Below are positions 49,564 to 62,057 of a stretch of 64,000 bases of DNA, in pieces. Each line of letters starts with the position of its first letter. Position 1 is the stretch's first letter. The translations under genes and the position numbers were made by a program. A model generated the notes under the pieces. That model saw only the letters and a list, made by a program, of their open reading frames with translations, made no database searches and was not told the origin of the DNA. Origin of the DNA: Macrostomum lignano (lineage: Eukaryota); assembly GCA_002269645.1 (NCBI GenBank), contig NIVC01000406.1:30052-94051 (forward strand). Reading direction: 5' to 3'.

Positions 49564-49999
49564 TGGCTGAAACAAAGCATTAAGACAGGAAAATATAACT
49601 ACAGTACGCATTGATACATTGGCAGTTAATTTCGATATATTGAACCCGGGATCAATTTTTAGTTCACTTTATTATAGTTAGAGACAGAGGGCTGTGCTGT
49701 GTGCACTCTGGTGCACTTTAAGCGAAATTGTTACATACGATTACATACGAGTAACTGGCTGGCAAGAGTTATAGGCATTACTTCTCATTCCACTAATTCC
49801 CTTGAGCAGGCACACACACACAGGAGTGTACAATGGCCCTAACTTTATTTATTATTAAGGCATGTACACTTTTTATTGTGCTTGTGCTTTGGGGGTTGGC
49901 CCTCGAGAGCATTAATTTCACGAGCAGAGCCAAGCCAAGATTCCAATTTAGCTCCAAATTAATGTGACTACATATCAGAGTGGTGCGCCAGACCACTAG

Positions 50000-52700
50000 G
50001 CTATGGCCTCATACTATGCCAGCTAATTGTTTATCGAAAATGAATTACCAACTTTCAGGTCAACAACCTTTAATTATATTATATCTAATCCAAAAAATCT
50101 TCTGAACTAGTAGCTGCTCCCTATATAAATAATGGGAATAATGGCATGGCTATAAAAGTGAAGAATTATGTCAAAACTGACAAAATACAGATACAATCTA
50201 CTTGTTTAGTAAGAAGCTTTGTTTTTAACATATGTAAATAAGACTATTAAATAAACATATACACACATATTAGGTCCTAGGATGTCTAGGCTATACAAAG
50301 TCTAAGACTCATTTATAAAGCCTATTGCTAACAAATAAAATCAATTTGCTAAATATTTAGCAAATATAGGTCTATAGAATACAAATTTCTACTGTTGTGA
50401 CTTGGCCTAATCTAGTATGTCAGGTAAGCTCTTTAGCAGACAAGCTAAGGATCATTTCAGCCTACTGACCAGACTGACTATAATAGCTAAGCAATGAGCA
50501 TGAGATTGTGTCAAACACCAAGTTACTTTGTCCCTAGATCCCACAATTCAAAAGTTCCCAAAGGCAGTGTTTCTAAGAAATTCAAGTGGAAGCAACTAAT
50601 TCTATTTTTTTGGAAACTGGCAGCTGGCTTAGCTGGGTGTTGTACATATATGATAAGAAGAGAACATAAATAGAAAAAGCAAAATAAAATAAAAATGATA
50701 GCAAATTTTATTTTAATTTTATCTAATTTAATAATGGCAACTCCATAGCCTAGATCATGCTAGATGCATGCCCAAACAAAAATGGAATAGTTACAAATGC
50801 ATACCAAAAAATTTTAAGTGAACATCTATACTCTTAAATTTAGGCCAGTGTAATAATCTAACAATAAATGGCTTTTGCATTGCAACAGTAAATGACCTTT
50901 TTGTGTTGCATAAAGAACCCTTTTTAGGTAATAATTTGGTTCATTATTTATCTTTTTTGTCTATACTATTGACAACACACAATTAATACAGACAAATATT
51001 TGCTTAGATATCTTATTACAAGCTTAAAAACTAGAAGGGTTAAAATTTATACCTAAAAATCAACCTTTTAATATTTTTACACTTAACATTAACTCTTCTG
51101 CATTATTCTATAAAGTGCATACCAGGTATACACGTGTATTTTTTAAGGGTAATACATGCCATATGCCAACCAAAGTTCAGATTATGTATTAGTGTATGTT
51201 GGGTCCAGTGGGAGGAAATACAGGATGACATTTGTATATTGTGACTAAAAAAATCTTTTCAACTTTGTATGCCAAAGTTGTATGCTTTTCTGTTCTTGAA
51301 TTTATTATTCATGCAGAATAACAAACTTAAAAAGTATGCACTTTTGCAATTTGCACTGAAAAAAAGACAATTATAAAAGAAGTATTTTAAATATATTTAT
51401 TTGTGAAAATTGAGAAAAAATAAGCTTTTAGGGCACAAAAATTAAAATTGTTTTATATTCTTTGTTCTGTGAATCCATGTTGATAGCATTCTATGTAGCA
51501 TAATTTATGTAAAAAGTCACTTTATTTGATCCTAATATTTATGCAGGTATACCATAGATCTATGCTAAAATTTTCTGCTGTGCCATAGTTCAGAAGGTAG
51601 ACATGTACGCCAAAATTTCCCAGAATACAACAAGGGTACTTGCCATTTTTTAGTGTATATCAGCATACATCCCAGTGTACATGATATAGTAGATATTTTT
51701 GGCTTATATCTATGACATACCCATGCTTGGGTACAATCTAGGGATTTGCCTAGCTGTTTCTATTGGTACCTCATACATGTAAGTCACTATTGGACACAAT
51801 AATAGTCACATTGACTGCTCTCAGCCAATAGTGACTTACATGTGTGTTTTGCCAATAGAAATGGCTGGGTGAATCCCAAGGTTATATATATATATGTATA
51901 TGTTAGGATCAAATAAAGTGATCCTGCATTCTTTTCATATATGACTGCATTCTATCTAGTGACTACATATAATAAACTAGGCCAATATGCAACATTGTCA
52001 TTATGGAATGTTATTATTGTCATGTTAAAGAATAATAAAAAAAACAATTTTAAACTTTGCACTCTTAAACACTTGTTTTTTCTTAATTTTTAGCAAATAA
52101 AAAGTATTTAAACTTCTTTTATAATTGTTTTTTCTTATTGCACATTGCAAAAGTGCATAATTTTTAAATTTGTTATTCTGTATGAATAATAAATTCAAAA
52201 ATGAATAAAAGAATACAACTTTGGCATACATACATAATTGAGAACTTTTTTTAGTCCTGCTATACAAATGTGGTCTTGTACTTTTCCCTCTACTAGACCT
52301 AATATACACTAATTTTGTTTTTATGTTGTTATATTGTTATGTTATATTGTTATATTGTTGTTATGAATGTTGATATTGATGTACACTAATGTTGATGCTA
52401 ATATACAATCCAAACTATGGCCACTGTGTCATGTATACTAGTGTATACTAGTCATATATATATGCTGATGTACACTGAAAAATGGCAAGTATCCTTGTTG
52501 TATGCCAATAAATCTCAATATATATATTATATTCTAAACTATGGCATGCCTAATTTTTGGTATACAAAGCCAATGCATACCCAAATTTTTTGGGTAGCCT
52601 AGGCCTATATACTATATAATCTAGAGTCTAGACTAGAGAGTGGCAGCAACTTTGATAACAACTAGGCCTACTTTAATAACAAAATAGGCCCAGACTAGAT
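50000..52700. repeat. AT-rich foldback-like repeat with nested inverted arms
   Basis: 51188-51480 is the diverged reverse complement of 52030-52315; 51620-51690 is that of 52430-52505; a perfect 18-bp IR lies at 51776-51793 / 51825-51842. Shares sequence with 8250-8450. Confidence 0.7.
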
Positions 52701-54736
52701 AGACTAGTTAGAGTCTTCATGGTTATGACTCATGATATAAAGGTCATAAGAACTTAAATATAGACTTAATTTATCAATGAAATTGTCATGAATACATTAA
52801 TATGGTACTTAATATCAATTACTGAATACTAGGCCTAAGTCAAAAGACCTAGGCCTACTTGATACTTATTTGTCTAATATTTAAAACTAAAATTTAATCT
52901 AAGATTTGAAAATTGAAAATTTAAGATTGTAGCTAGTTTGATAATAATTTATTTTAGAAGTTTAATAGAACATAGGCTAGGCCTAACCTCTGAAGTTCTG
53001 AACTGTCTTTATGTCTAATGATTTTTTTGCCAAAATGCTAATTGATATTTGCTTTGCTATATAAATCATTAGGAATTGGCCTATGCTAATGCTAGGCTGG
53101 CTAGACATACATATGTTTTGCAATGCAGCTGCTTTCATCTCAGCCACTCTAACTTAAGTTGTTAGGCCTAGTGTACAGACGAGTGCATGGGTGGGGCAAA
53201 ATATTTGTCGAATTTTGTCCATGTCTATGTTTAGTTTAGGTCTAGGAGGCAAAATATTCTGCCCCACAGGCTATCTATATGATATGTACGATATAACCTT
53301 GAGATAAAAAACTGACGTGTGACTAATTCATTTCTCATGGATTGGGAGTTAGCAGAGAGACACTTACACCTTCACTTTCCTGCTCTGTTGTCAAGCTCAG
53401 TGTTTAATTCGTCTGGCTATTGCACGCTTCGTGATTCAAAAAAGACCATTAAATGCGCTATTCTGATAATTTATCGTTTAAACAAAAAAGTTTCTGTGCT
53501 TGTCTAGAATTTAAAAACGGAATTGAAAATTTATCAAAAGCAACAACTTTTCCATATTTTTTATCTGATTCTTTACTGCAACGTTGGTAACAAAGTCAGT
53601 TGATACTACTGCCATAGTCTTAGAATAAAAGTAGTGCGCTCGAATCTAATTCGACTTCATTGCTGTAATTTCTGTGGTAGAGCCACTAACTTGCAAGAGT
53701 TTATCCCTGACGGCTCCTAAAAACCAGTCCCAGCCCGGAAGGCTATAGACTTTAAGAGCTAGACTAGCTCTTGAGAGCTCTCTCGAGGCTCGACTTCATG
53801 ACTTCAAACGCTTCATGACTGCATATCATCGTCATGTCGACTGAAATCGGTGATGAATTGAAGAAAGCGTTGTAGCTCTCTATCTTCACTATGATCTTCC
53901 CGAATCAGTTCGGTAACCAGAGCCAATTAGTTTGATGTAACGCCATCGAGGGATTCTATACATGGTAACTGCTCATCTTTCTCGATCCAGTGTCAAATAA
54001 GCTAGCAATGTGTTCGTGTATTCTCAAAGGCTTCAGACTGCGCTTCTGTCCTCTTTCTGCCCAACAAAAGGCTCGATTTTTGTTGCAGCTACTTATGTCT
54101 ATGGTTCAAACCAGACCCTAGACGTCTAATTTTAGGCATGCATTGCTACATATGCTACAGCTAGACGTTTGTAGCTTTAACATACGTGCGTAAGAGCAGA
54201 TTTACCTAATATACTCGACTCGTAAATTAGGAGTTAACTGCGAGAGAGAGACGGCAGACAGTTTACGCGGCACATTAATCGAATTTGCTTTTGTTTATTG
54301 TATTGGCGTTTTATTTGCATAGGACAATTGTACTACAAAAACTTTACAAATTATGAAGTCAAGGATTTAGTAGAGATAGATGTAAATAGTTTTAGAATGT
54401 ACTCGTACGAGCGTTCGTGTATAATTGACTACTGAACACATCATGCATAATCTGGGGGATATTAGTCGATTTCGTGAAGTAAAATCAAAAGCTTAGCACC
54501 ACTCAGAGAGCTCGACTTTGAAAGCCAGCATAACAATTATATAGCTCGTATTGTAAAATTACATTGGGCTAGTATAAGAGAGGTGTCGCTTACGGTTGAT
54601 GGTCTGCCGCTAACGATTATATAATTAATTTTCACTCTGCATAAAGGAGCACCCACCTATTGATGAATCTGTGATTGTGTGAATGGCATTATTATCATTT
54701 CTAGTGAATCTTGGTGAATCTCAGAGTCATCATGTC

Positions 54737-57700
54737 CTAATCGCAGTTGATGTAAGCAGACGTGCTCGACGACCCACGCAGATTCTCATTTGCGCTATTT
54801 GAATTGGAACACTTCAAGAAGCTTGTTAGCGGTGAAATGGACACTTCCTCGTAGCAATTGAGATCGGACTCTTCATAGTAAGTGCCGTCATTGCTGACAG
54901 GACGTATTGGACTGTCTGGGAGCTGTTTCAGCTCCAGAGTTTGCAGTTGACGCTTTTGCTGTTCTAGCAAGCACGCGGTTGCAAGTCGATTTGTTGTTGT
55001 TATCAGAGATTTTGTGTGCCTCTACAAAATTGGGATATGGGAACCTGGCGTGAATCAGAATTGTCATTTTCAGACTGGGTGCACATACCGTATACCCAGA
55101 GGCAGAGGGGGGCAGGGGGCGGCTGACCTCCCCCCCACAAAAAGTGCGCTTCGCTCCTTCGGCCTAAGAGACAGAGCGAGGGGCGTCCATAAAGACAAAG
55201 GGGCGTCCATCTAGAGACAAGGGCAACCATCTAGAGACAGGGGCAACCATTTAGAGACAAGGGGCACGTACCCAAAGACAGGTGCACCCATCTAAAGACA
55301 GGTGCACCCATCTAGAGACAGGGGCACCCATCTACATGTAGAGACTGGGGCACGTACCTAGAGACAGGGGCAACCATCTAGAGACAGAAGGACGTACCTG
55401 AATGTATAGAGACAGGGGCATGCAACCTAGAGACAGGGATACCCACCTAGAAACAAGGGCAACCACTTGGAGACAGGGGCACGCATCTAGAGACATGGGC
55501 ACCCATCTAGGGACAGGAGCAGCCTTTTTGAGACTGGGGCGACCATCTAGAAATAGGGGCACGTACCTAGAGACAGGAATACCCACCTAGAGAACAGGGG
55601 CAACCATTTAGAGACATCTGGGGTCCAAATTCAGGATGCCAAAGTTAAAGTTGATGTGCCAATCACACGCTGGCGCAACAACTCAGAGTCATACATGCAA
55701 CTAACCTTGACGATCAGAGCGGTGACTGCAGCAACAACAATAACGCACAGGACCAGAGCACCAAATAAGATTAACAACTGTAGCAGGGAATTTTTCTCCA
55801 GTCTCCAATCATACTCGAGTTTGCCTCCAGCTGCCGGAGTAGACAGGGCAAAGCTGTTCCTGATGGCTTCAATATCGGAGGCATCCACATTCGGACTCAG
55901 CGGCAGTGTGAAAATCTTCTTAGTTGTTGCAACAAGTAGCTTTTGACTCTTCTGCTCCAGTAGACATTCGAGCAGCACTACGCTTGACTTATCAAATATT
56001 TGAGCCCAGATTTTTAAAGTCCATTTGCTGAGCCTGTCTGATGTTGGAGCGGCTGAGTCCAACAAGCGCTGAGCTGTTTTGTTAGGCAGGGTCTGAAATA
56101 AAGTAAGCCATACGTTTTTTTTCTGGCTACCCGAGCGAGGCCTTTGACAGACTCTCCCGAGGAGTATGCACACGGATGCATGAGCGTAGCATGCACAAGT
56201 TCACTACTCAAGCAATAAGGATTGGCCCAATGGATCAAAGAGGTAATGAATATTCTTCTCTAGTTAAATTGAGTTTATCACTGCGAATCTCAACAAGGTT
56301 AAACACGATCGGGGAATAGACTAATGATAATTGCAGGATGGGGTCCATGAGAATTGCCCGCAGACGAATTAATTGTTCGCCGAGTTTTCCCGCCGAGGTT
56401 TGCCTCAGAATCTAGTTGCCCGTAGCTAAATGCGCTGCAGGAAAAAGGCATTGCGGCAAACCTCGGCGGGCAATTCACTCACGAACAAAATGCACTGCGG
56501 GCAATTCTTGTCTTGCGCCAGGGCGGTGCATGGATACCCTGGCGCAAGCCTTCTGCAACATCGTCCCACGACCGGCTACAATTTTTCATGCCAATTACGC
56601 TGCCTCATGAGCACTTACAAGCGAGCGGATGTACTCGTAATGTACGCAGACACACACACACACTCGCACAGAGTGTACAGGATATATCTTGACACTCTCA
56701 CCTCCTCTAGTTGACCTTTAGTGAAATAAAACAGTTGACAAACTATCGAAGAAATGGGTGGCCAAGCTTCGCTGACAGAGATATTTATCGAGAGCAGCTT
56801 GTTCGTTTCGACATCGGATCCTTCTAAATTGGTCCTTCCACGAACTTTTTTGAAAGAAACAGATGGGAAATATCGATATGTTTTATTCTGCTTTTTGCTG
56901 CATTATAGGTAAGGCTAGAAACTGGAAACCAACTTACAAAAAACTTTAGGTTGATCGCTTTTTCGACTGTAAACATCGGGATATTGATGTTGCATCGACT
57001 GGTTGACCTGACATCTGACTTGCCAATCAGAATTTGTCATCGATTTTGTTAACTTCAATTGGTGAACACTCGAAAATCCGGTTTGCTATGGGAGAAGTGC
57101 GAAAAATAAGGTCAAATTACGTTATGAAGGTTCTAAGAAAACTTTTTCTCAGGACATATATGCTCGTAAAAGGCAACTCAGTGACTTTATTCGAAGCTAA
57201 AATTTGAGAAAGGAATAAAGATCAAAACCATGTATTTCTTCATTACTTACGCTAATCTTTTTCAGCTTTAACTCCGCATCTGAGCCAACAGTTAGCCAGC
57301 ATCTGTGACTCACTGGCCAACCACTGGTTTCGCAACGATGTGAGGTCACTTGGACTTGCTCAATTTGGCCAGCTTCCAAATAATTACTGTTTGCATTGCT
57401 TGAAAACGCTATGCTGTTGATGCAGGGATCTGTAATTTTAATGAGCAATACTGCTAAGCTTAGCATCAAAAATGATCTAGTGAAGACAGTTCAAAAGATG
57501 ACAGATAAAGGAAGGAATTGAAACAAGAGGTTTCTAGTGAAAAAGCGTGATAGCAACAAATCTTTGTCAAAATGATCTCATATACATTGCGTCACCTACC
57601 TGTCACAGTCGGTATTTGAAACAGCCAAGGCTCTTGAAATTTGATTCTTATACCAGTGCTTGGTATGACTTCGCAATGGACCGATGAACCGGTCATCTCT

Positions 57701-60700
57701 TTGACAGGCTGAACTGCGAACACAGATTTGACGTTAAGTAGGGTAGCACCGAGATTGCCTTTCACTGACTCGATCGTCTGTGGGGATGTTGTGCAGTGTT
57801 GTAGAGTTTATGCTCTGGATGTAGGATTAGTGAACTATGAACTAGAGAGAAAGTTGTTTCAAATGTCTCATCCACGCCTGAATATACCAGCAGTGGACGA
57901 AACGCCGAGTCGCAACAGTACGACCCGACGTGGATGATGTAACATGTAACATGCCTTGGTGACTCGATCGTCGCTGATCTTGAAGGCGTAAAATTGCTGC
58001 TAGAGAGAGTCCCATCCTTCAGATTCAGTTTTTGGGTCCTGACCCAAAGACCACTGTCGTATAACAGGACATAAACTCAAAGTAAATTAAAGTAATGGAA
58101 ATATTTTCACTGCCCCAGATCAAATGCAATCATTGATAATGTGATTAAAAATAGGATTTTTACAGGATACTGCCCTCCCAAAAATTACACGATTTTTGAG
58201 TTTACTATAGTGGTCCTTATCCTGACCACCCACTGGACGTCGGCTAGGGCCTAGGACTGCAGAACCGTTCTCAAGGAACAAAACCCGGACAAGATCGACA
58301 AGATCATCGCAGATAATTCAACCGTAGATCTAAATTCATTCATCAACTCATGCACTCTTAGCACAGAATCGTCACTCACCGTGGACAAAAGTGTCATATT
58401 CCACGGAGTTGCCGCGGCGGCTGCAGCACTCGCCTCAATCCGGCACTGATGCCTCGGAGCCGGATAGGAATCGAACGATTCGAACGTCACATTGACCGGA
58501 TATCCGGCTAGCCAAAGAGGTGGAGCATCCAAACGCATGTTGCTGGGATTCACTGGAAATGACAATATTTAGCAATCATTTTTATTATATTTATTTAAAT
58601 GTCAGGATTTAATGTTGTGATATAGGACTAGTGTATAATTATGAAAGATGAAAGATCCTGCAATTTCCACCAATTTAACAAGTGTAACTAACCGTTCATT
58701 TCCAGGACTTGTTCAATCTGCCACCAGCTGTAACCTGAGGCAGTGCCGCCGTGCCTGGAAGCGCAGCGTAGGAAGCCCCCGTGATAGTTCGGGCTGGCCT
58801 CGAATTCGAAAACGCAGCTTTGAGTGCCGCCGGATGTGAGGCCTGGTTGGCAAGTCAGCTACAAAAATGGTGAGAGGTAAAAAAGGAAGTCTTTTGACGT
58901 TAAATCTAGAATGCTTCAAGGATTGCGAATCTAAACGATGCATATGATAGCGCAAGTGTCGGACGCATCGTGCAATCAGGTTATTAGAGAGAAGAGAGCT
59001 GAGAAGAGACCTTGAGCGGGCTGGATTACTATTGTGAAGTTTCAAAGGACCCGGATAGAGAGGCTCTGTGGGCATGTGGCTTGCGGGACGGAGTTTGCCA
59101 CCCCTGTACTATAGCATTTACCAAGCAATTTAAGCCTTAGCAGCAAGCTTTTGAAGACTTGCTATATCGCCCAAACGAGGGCCGATCGATCAAGTTTAGA
59201 ATTTGGCCTTCTTAAATTTGATAAAACAATGTCTGCAAACAGATGCTATACAGATATCACATCGTTTGTGCGTGGTCAGACGTTCCTACGTATCTACTCA
59301 TCTACTGGTCCTTAAAATACGAGTACATCCGGTTTATGATGAAAATCTACGATAACACCTGAGAAAACTCACCTTATTAACTCTCGAAACTTTGCCATCG
59401 AGAGCAGCAATGTCGCAATCAATTTCAGAAGCGGCTCCGTTGTCGCAGCGTTTCTCAGCTACATTGAAACAGATTTTGTCGCCAAGGGTCAAGCTGAGTG
59501 ACTGAGCAAGGCTGCTACAGTATATGTAGGTCTCATTTGACAGTAGTTGCAGCCGCGGCTGGGCACCTTAAATGTTTTTTAGACAATTGGTTGTTATGTG
59601 GAATACTTAAAATCGATTTATTGTACTCAAATATATTTTATAGCGTGTGTTGGCGCCAATGGTGCTGGCGCCCCTGGTGCTAAAGCCCCTGGTGCTGGCG
59701 CCCCTGGTGCTGGCGCCCCTGGTGCTGGCGCCCCTGGTGCTGGCGCCCCTGGTGCTGGCGCCCCTGGTGCTGGCGCCCCTGGTGCTGGCGCCCCTGGTGC
59801 TGGCGCCCCTGGTGCTGGCGCCCCTGGTGCTGGCGCCCCTGGTGCTGGCGCCCCTGGTGCTAAAGCCCCTGGTGCTAAAGCCCCTGGTGCTGGCGCCCCT
59901 GGTGCTAAAGCCCCTGGTGCTGGCGCCCCTGGTGCTGGCGCCCCTGGTGCTGGCGCCCCTGGTGCTGGCGCCCCTGGTGCTGGCGCCCCTGGTGCTGGCG
60001 CCCCTGGTGCTGGCGCCCCTGGTGCTGGCGCCCCTGGTGCTGGCGCCCCTGGTGCTGGCGCCCCTGGTGCTGGCGCCCCTGGTGCTGGCGCCCCTGGTGC
60101 TGGCGCCCCTGGTGCTGGCGCCCCTGGTGCTGGCGCCCCTGGTGCTGGCGCCCCTGGTGCTGGCGCCCCTGGTGCTGGCGCCCCTGGTGCTGGCGCCCCT
60201 GGTGCTGGCGCCCCTGGTGCTGGCGCCCCTGGTGCTGGCGCCCCTGGTGCTGGCGCCCATGCATGGTGCTGGCGCCCCTGGTGCTGGCGCCCCTGGTGCT
60301 GGCGCCCGTGGTGCTGGCGCCCCTGGTGCTGGCGCCCCTGGTGCTAAAGCCCCTGGTGCTGGCGCCCCTGATGCTGGCGCCCCTGATGCTGGCGCCCCTG
60401 GTGCTAAAGCCCCTGGTGCTAAAGCCCCTGGTGCTAAAGCCCCTGGTGCTGGCGCCCCTGGTGCTGGCGCCCCTGGTGCTGGCGCCCCTGGTGCTAAAGC
60501 CCCTGGTGCTGGCGCCCCTGGTGCTGGCGCCCCTGGTGCTGGCGCCCCTGGTGCTGGCGCCCCTGGTGCTAAAGCCCCTGGTGCTGGCGCCCCTGGTGCT
60601 GGCGCCCCTGGTGCTGGCGCCCCTGGTGCTGGCGCCCCTGGTGCTGGCGCCCCTGGTGCTGGTGCCCCTGGTGCTGGCGCCCCTGGTGCTGGCGCCCCTG

Positions 60701-62057
60701 GTGCTGGCGCCCCTGGTGCTGGCGCCCCTGGTGCTGGCGCCCCTGGTGCTGGCGCCCATGCATGGTGCTGGCGCCCCTGGTGCTGGCGCCCCTGGTGCTG
60801 GCGCCCATGGTGCTAAAGCCCCTGATGCCCCTGCTTTAGTGGACAATCAACCCGTCTCGAAAATAGAAAAATGTGATGCACAACTACTTTCTTCGAATTT
60901 ATTGTTTCTTCTGAATAGCTTGGGAGTTTGAGCGTATTGACTCGAGTCTGTTTACCTGTGATATTTATCGCTTGCCACCTCAGTGCATTCGTCGAGCTGT
61001 TCAGCATCATGTAGGCAACGGGCTTCTGTAAATATGTGTGTAAAGTTAAGTCAGTTTTGAAATTGACCAACTAGCTAATAGTCACTTAATGCTTTTCATT
61101 CACACCTGGTTTGCAGAAGCCACGTGACCGATCAGTGGTCGCCAATCTGTGCCGTTATTGATCACGCTCAACCGGGTTCGGCACGGGTCCTCAAACTTTA
61201 TCGCCAGCGGCAGGGACAGTGAGCCAAATGCTTTCACACCTTTGTTGAGTTGGTGGGGATTTCGTGTTTATTGTAATAGTTATATTGCAATAATGGATTA
61301 CATATCTGCCCTAATGACCAGATGTGCAACCGACAGCTCAGCCGAAGCTATTGCTGGGGGGACTGTAGGGGGTCGCCACACACAGCCTCAATTACCCCAG
61401 CTAAATGCTGGCACCCATTTTACAGCTGGGTGGAATTGTAGCAATTCAGAGTTGTGTCAAACCCCCGCCATTCAAGTCGTAAGTCCGACTCTCTAACCAC
61501 TAGGCTACATGTACAACCCCTCTCTAATAACCATATTTTAAGTCTATCATGAAAATTTTGAGTAGCCTTGAGTAGGTTCGATTTCCGTGCGCGGCCGCAT
61601 AATTCATTTGAGCCTTTTGGTGCATGAAATTTGCCTGGTGGGTTGTCTTGCCATGAGGACCAACCCCTAAGGCACAGAGACTGCATGCCTGACGATTAGA
61701 AAGTCATGACCCGCTGTAAATTCTGTGTACCCTGCACAGTACTGGCACTCTGCACTCACCTGTACCTTGGATAATATCAATGCTTGCAATTTTCATCGGC
61801 TGTTTCAATTGCAGAACCAGCCAACTGGGCCCGAATTTGAGCTGGCGACTTGCAGGAAACTCATCGCTAGTGTTGTTGTTGGAGATCAATCCGAGACAGT
61901 CTATCCGGTTGCTGGGTGCCTGCCATATCTGTGCTATTGTTCCGTAGTTTAGATCGACAGTTCGAGTTGACTGGTGGCAGTCGCTGCTCACGGAGCTGCT
62001 CAAGCAGATGAGCACTGCGCAAGTGCAGATGAATGTCACGGTTGTTTGAAGATACAT
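54737..62057 (-). CDS. Unrecognised type-I membrane receptor: signal peptide, discoidin/F5-8C-like region, ~4 divergent Ig-like domains, TM helix, Tyr-motif tail; 12 exons, ~784 aa
   Basis: Exons (minus) 62057-61760, 61239-61106, 61025-60956, 59566-59373, 58858-58693, 58552-58380, 57777-57600, 57429-57251, 57085-56938, 56844-56702, 56092-55706, 55021-54737; all GT-AG with consistent phases and no stops (2355 nt). SP MYLQTTVTFICTCAVLICLSSSVSS; SWLVLQLKQPMKIASIDIIQG; repeated C2-set-like halves (FEFEASPNYHGGFLRC, FAVQPVKEMTGSSVHC, LKLTKSMTNSDWQVRC); TM LLILFGALVLCVIVVAAVTALIV. Confidence 0.75.
55195..55618. repeat. Degenerate ~21-bp tandem repeat, intron 11 of the Ig receptor gene
   Basis: CTAGAGACAGGGGCACCCAT-like units. 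Confidence 0.85.
56340..56540. mobile_element. Small foldback MITE-like element, intron 10 of the Ig receptor gene
   Basis: Inverted repeats AGAATTGCCCGCAG / CTGCGGGCAATTCT (14 bp) and CCCGCCGAGGTTTGCC / GGCAAACCTCGGCGGG (16 bp). No clear TSD identified. Confidence 0.55.
59012..59106 (-). mobile_element. hAT/Charlie-like MITE end fragment
   Basis: The minus strand begins CAGGGGTGGCAAACTCCGTCCCGCAAGCCACATGCCC, a typical hAT-Charlie terminus. A related GCGGG..GGATT.CTATTGTGAAGTTTCAAA segment recurs at ~63175-63210. Confidence 0.5.
59660..60835. repeat. 15-bp minisatellite, intron 3 of the Ig receptor gene
   Basis: GGTGCTGGCGCCCCT / GGTGCTAAAGCCCCT units; explains the spurious GAPGA ORFs. Confidence 0.98.
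61322..61508 (-). mobile_element. tRNA-derived SINE (copy C) with A-box
   Basis: The minus strand starts GTAGCCTAGTGGTTAGAG (Pol III A-box-like), then TCGGACTTAC and CACCCAGCTGTAAAATGGGTGCCAGCATT shared with copy A. Confidence 0.72.

Noticed and set aside
53780-54100. Possible transposase remnant on the minus strand
   Set aside because: Only vague resemblance across stops; no recognisable catalytic motif.
57870-58250. Possible extra or alternative exons of the Ig receptor (ALADVQWV...; AILRLQDQRRSSHQG...)
   Set aside because: Splice phases could not be reconciled with the flanking exons, and the simpler exon 6-7 join already completes the Ig unit. Needs RNA-seq.
59598-60931. Collagen/elastin-like GAPGA ORFs
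   Set aside because: A 15-bp intronic minisatellite that also occurs inverted in another intron; open frames arise on both strands.
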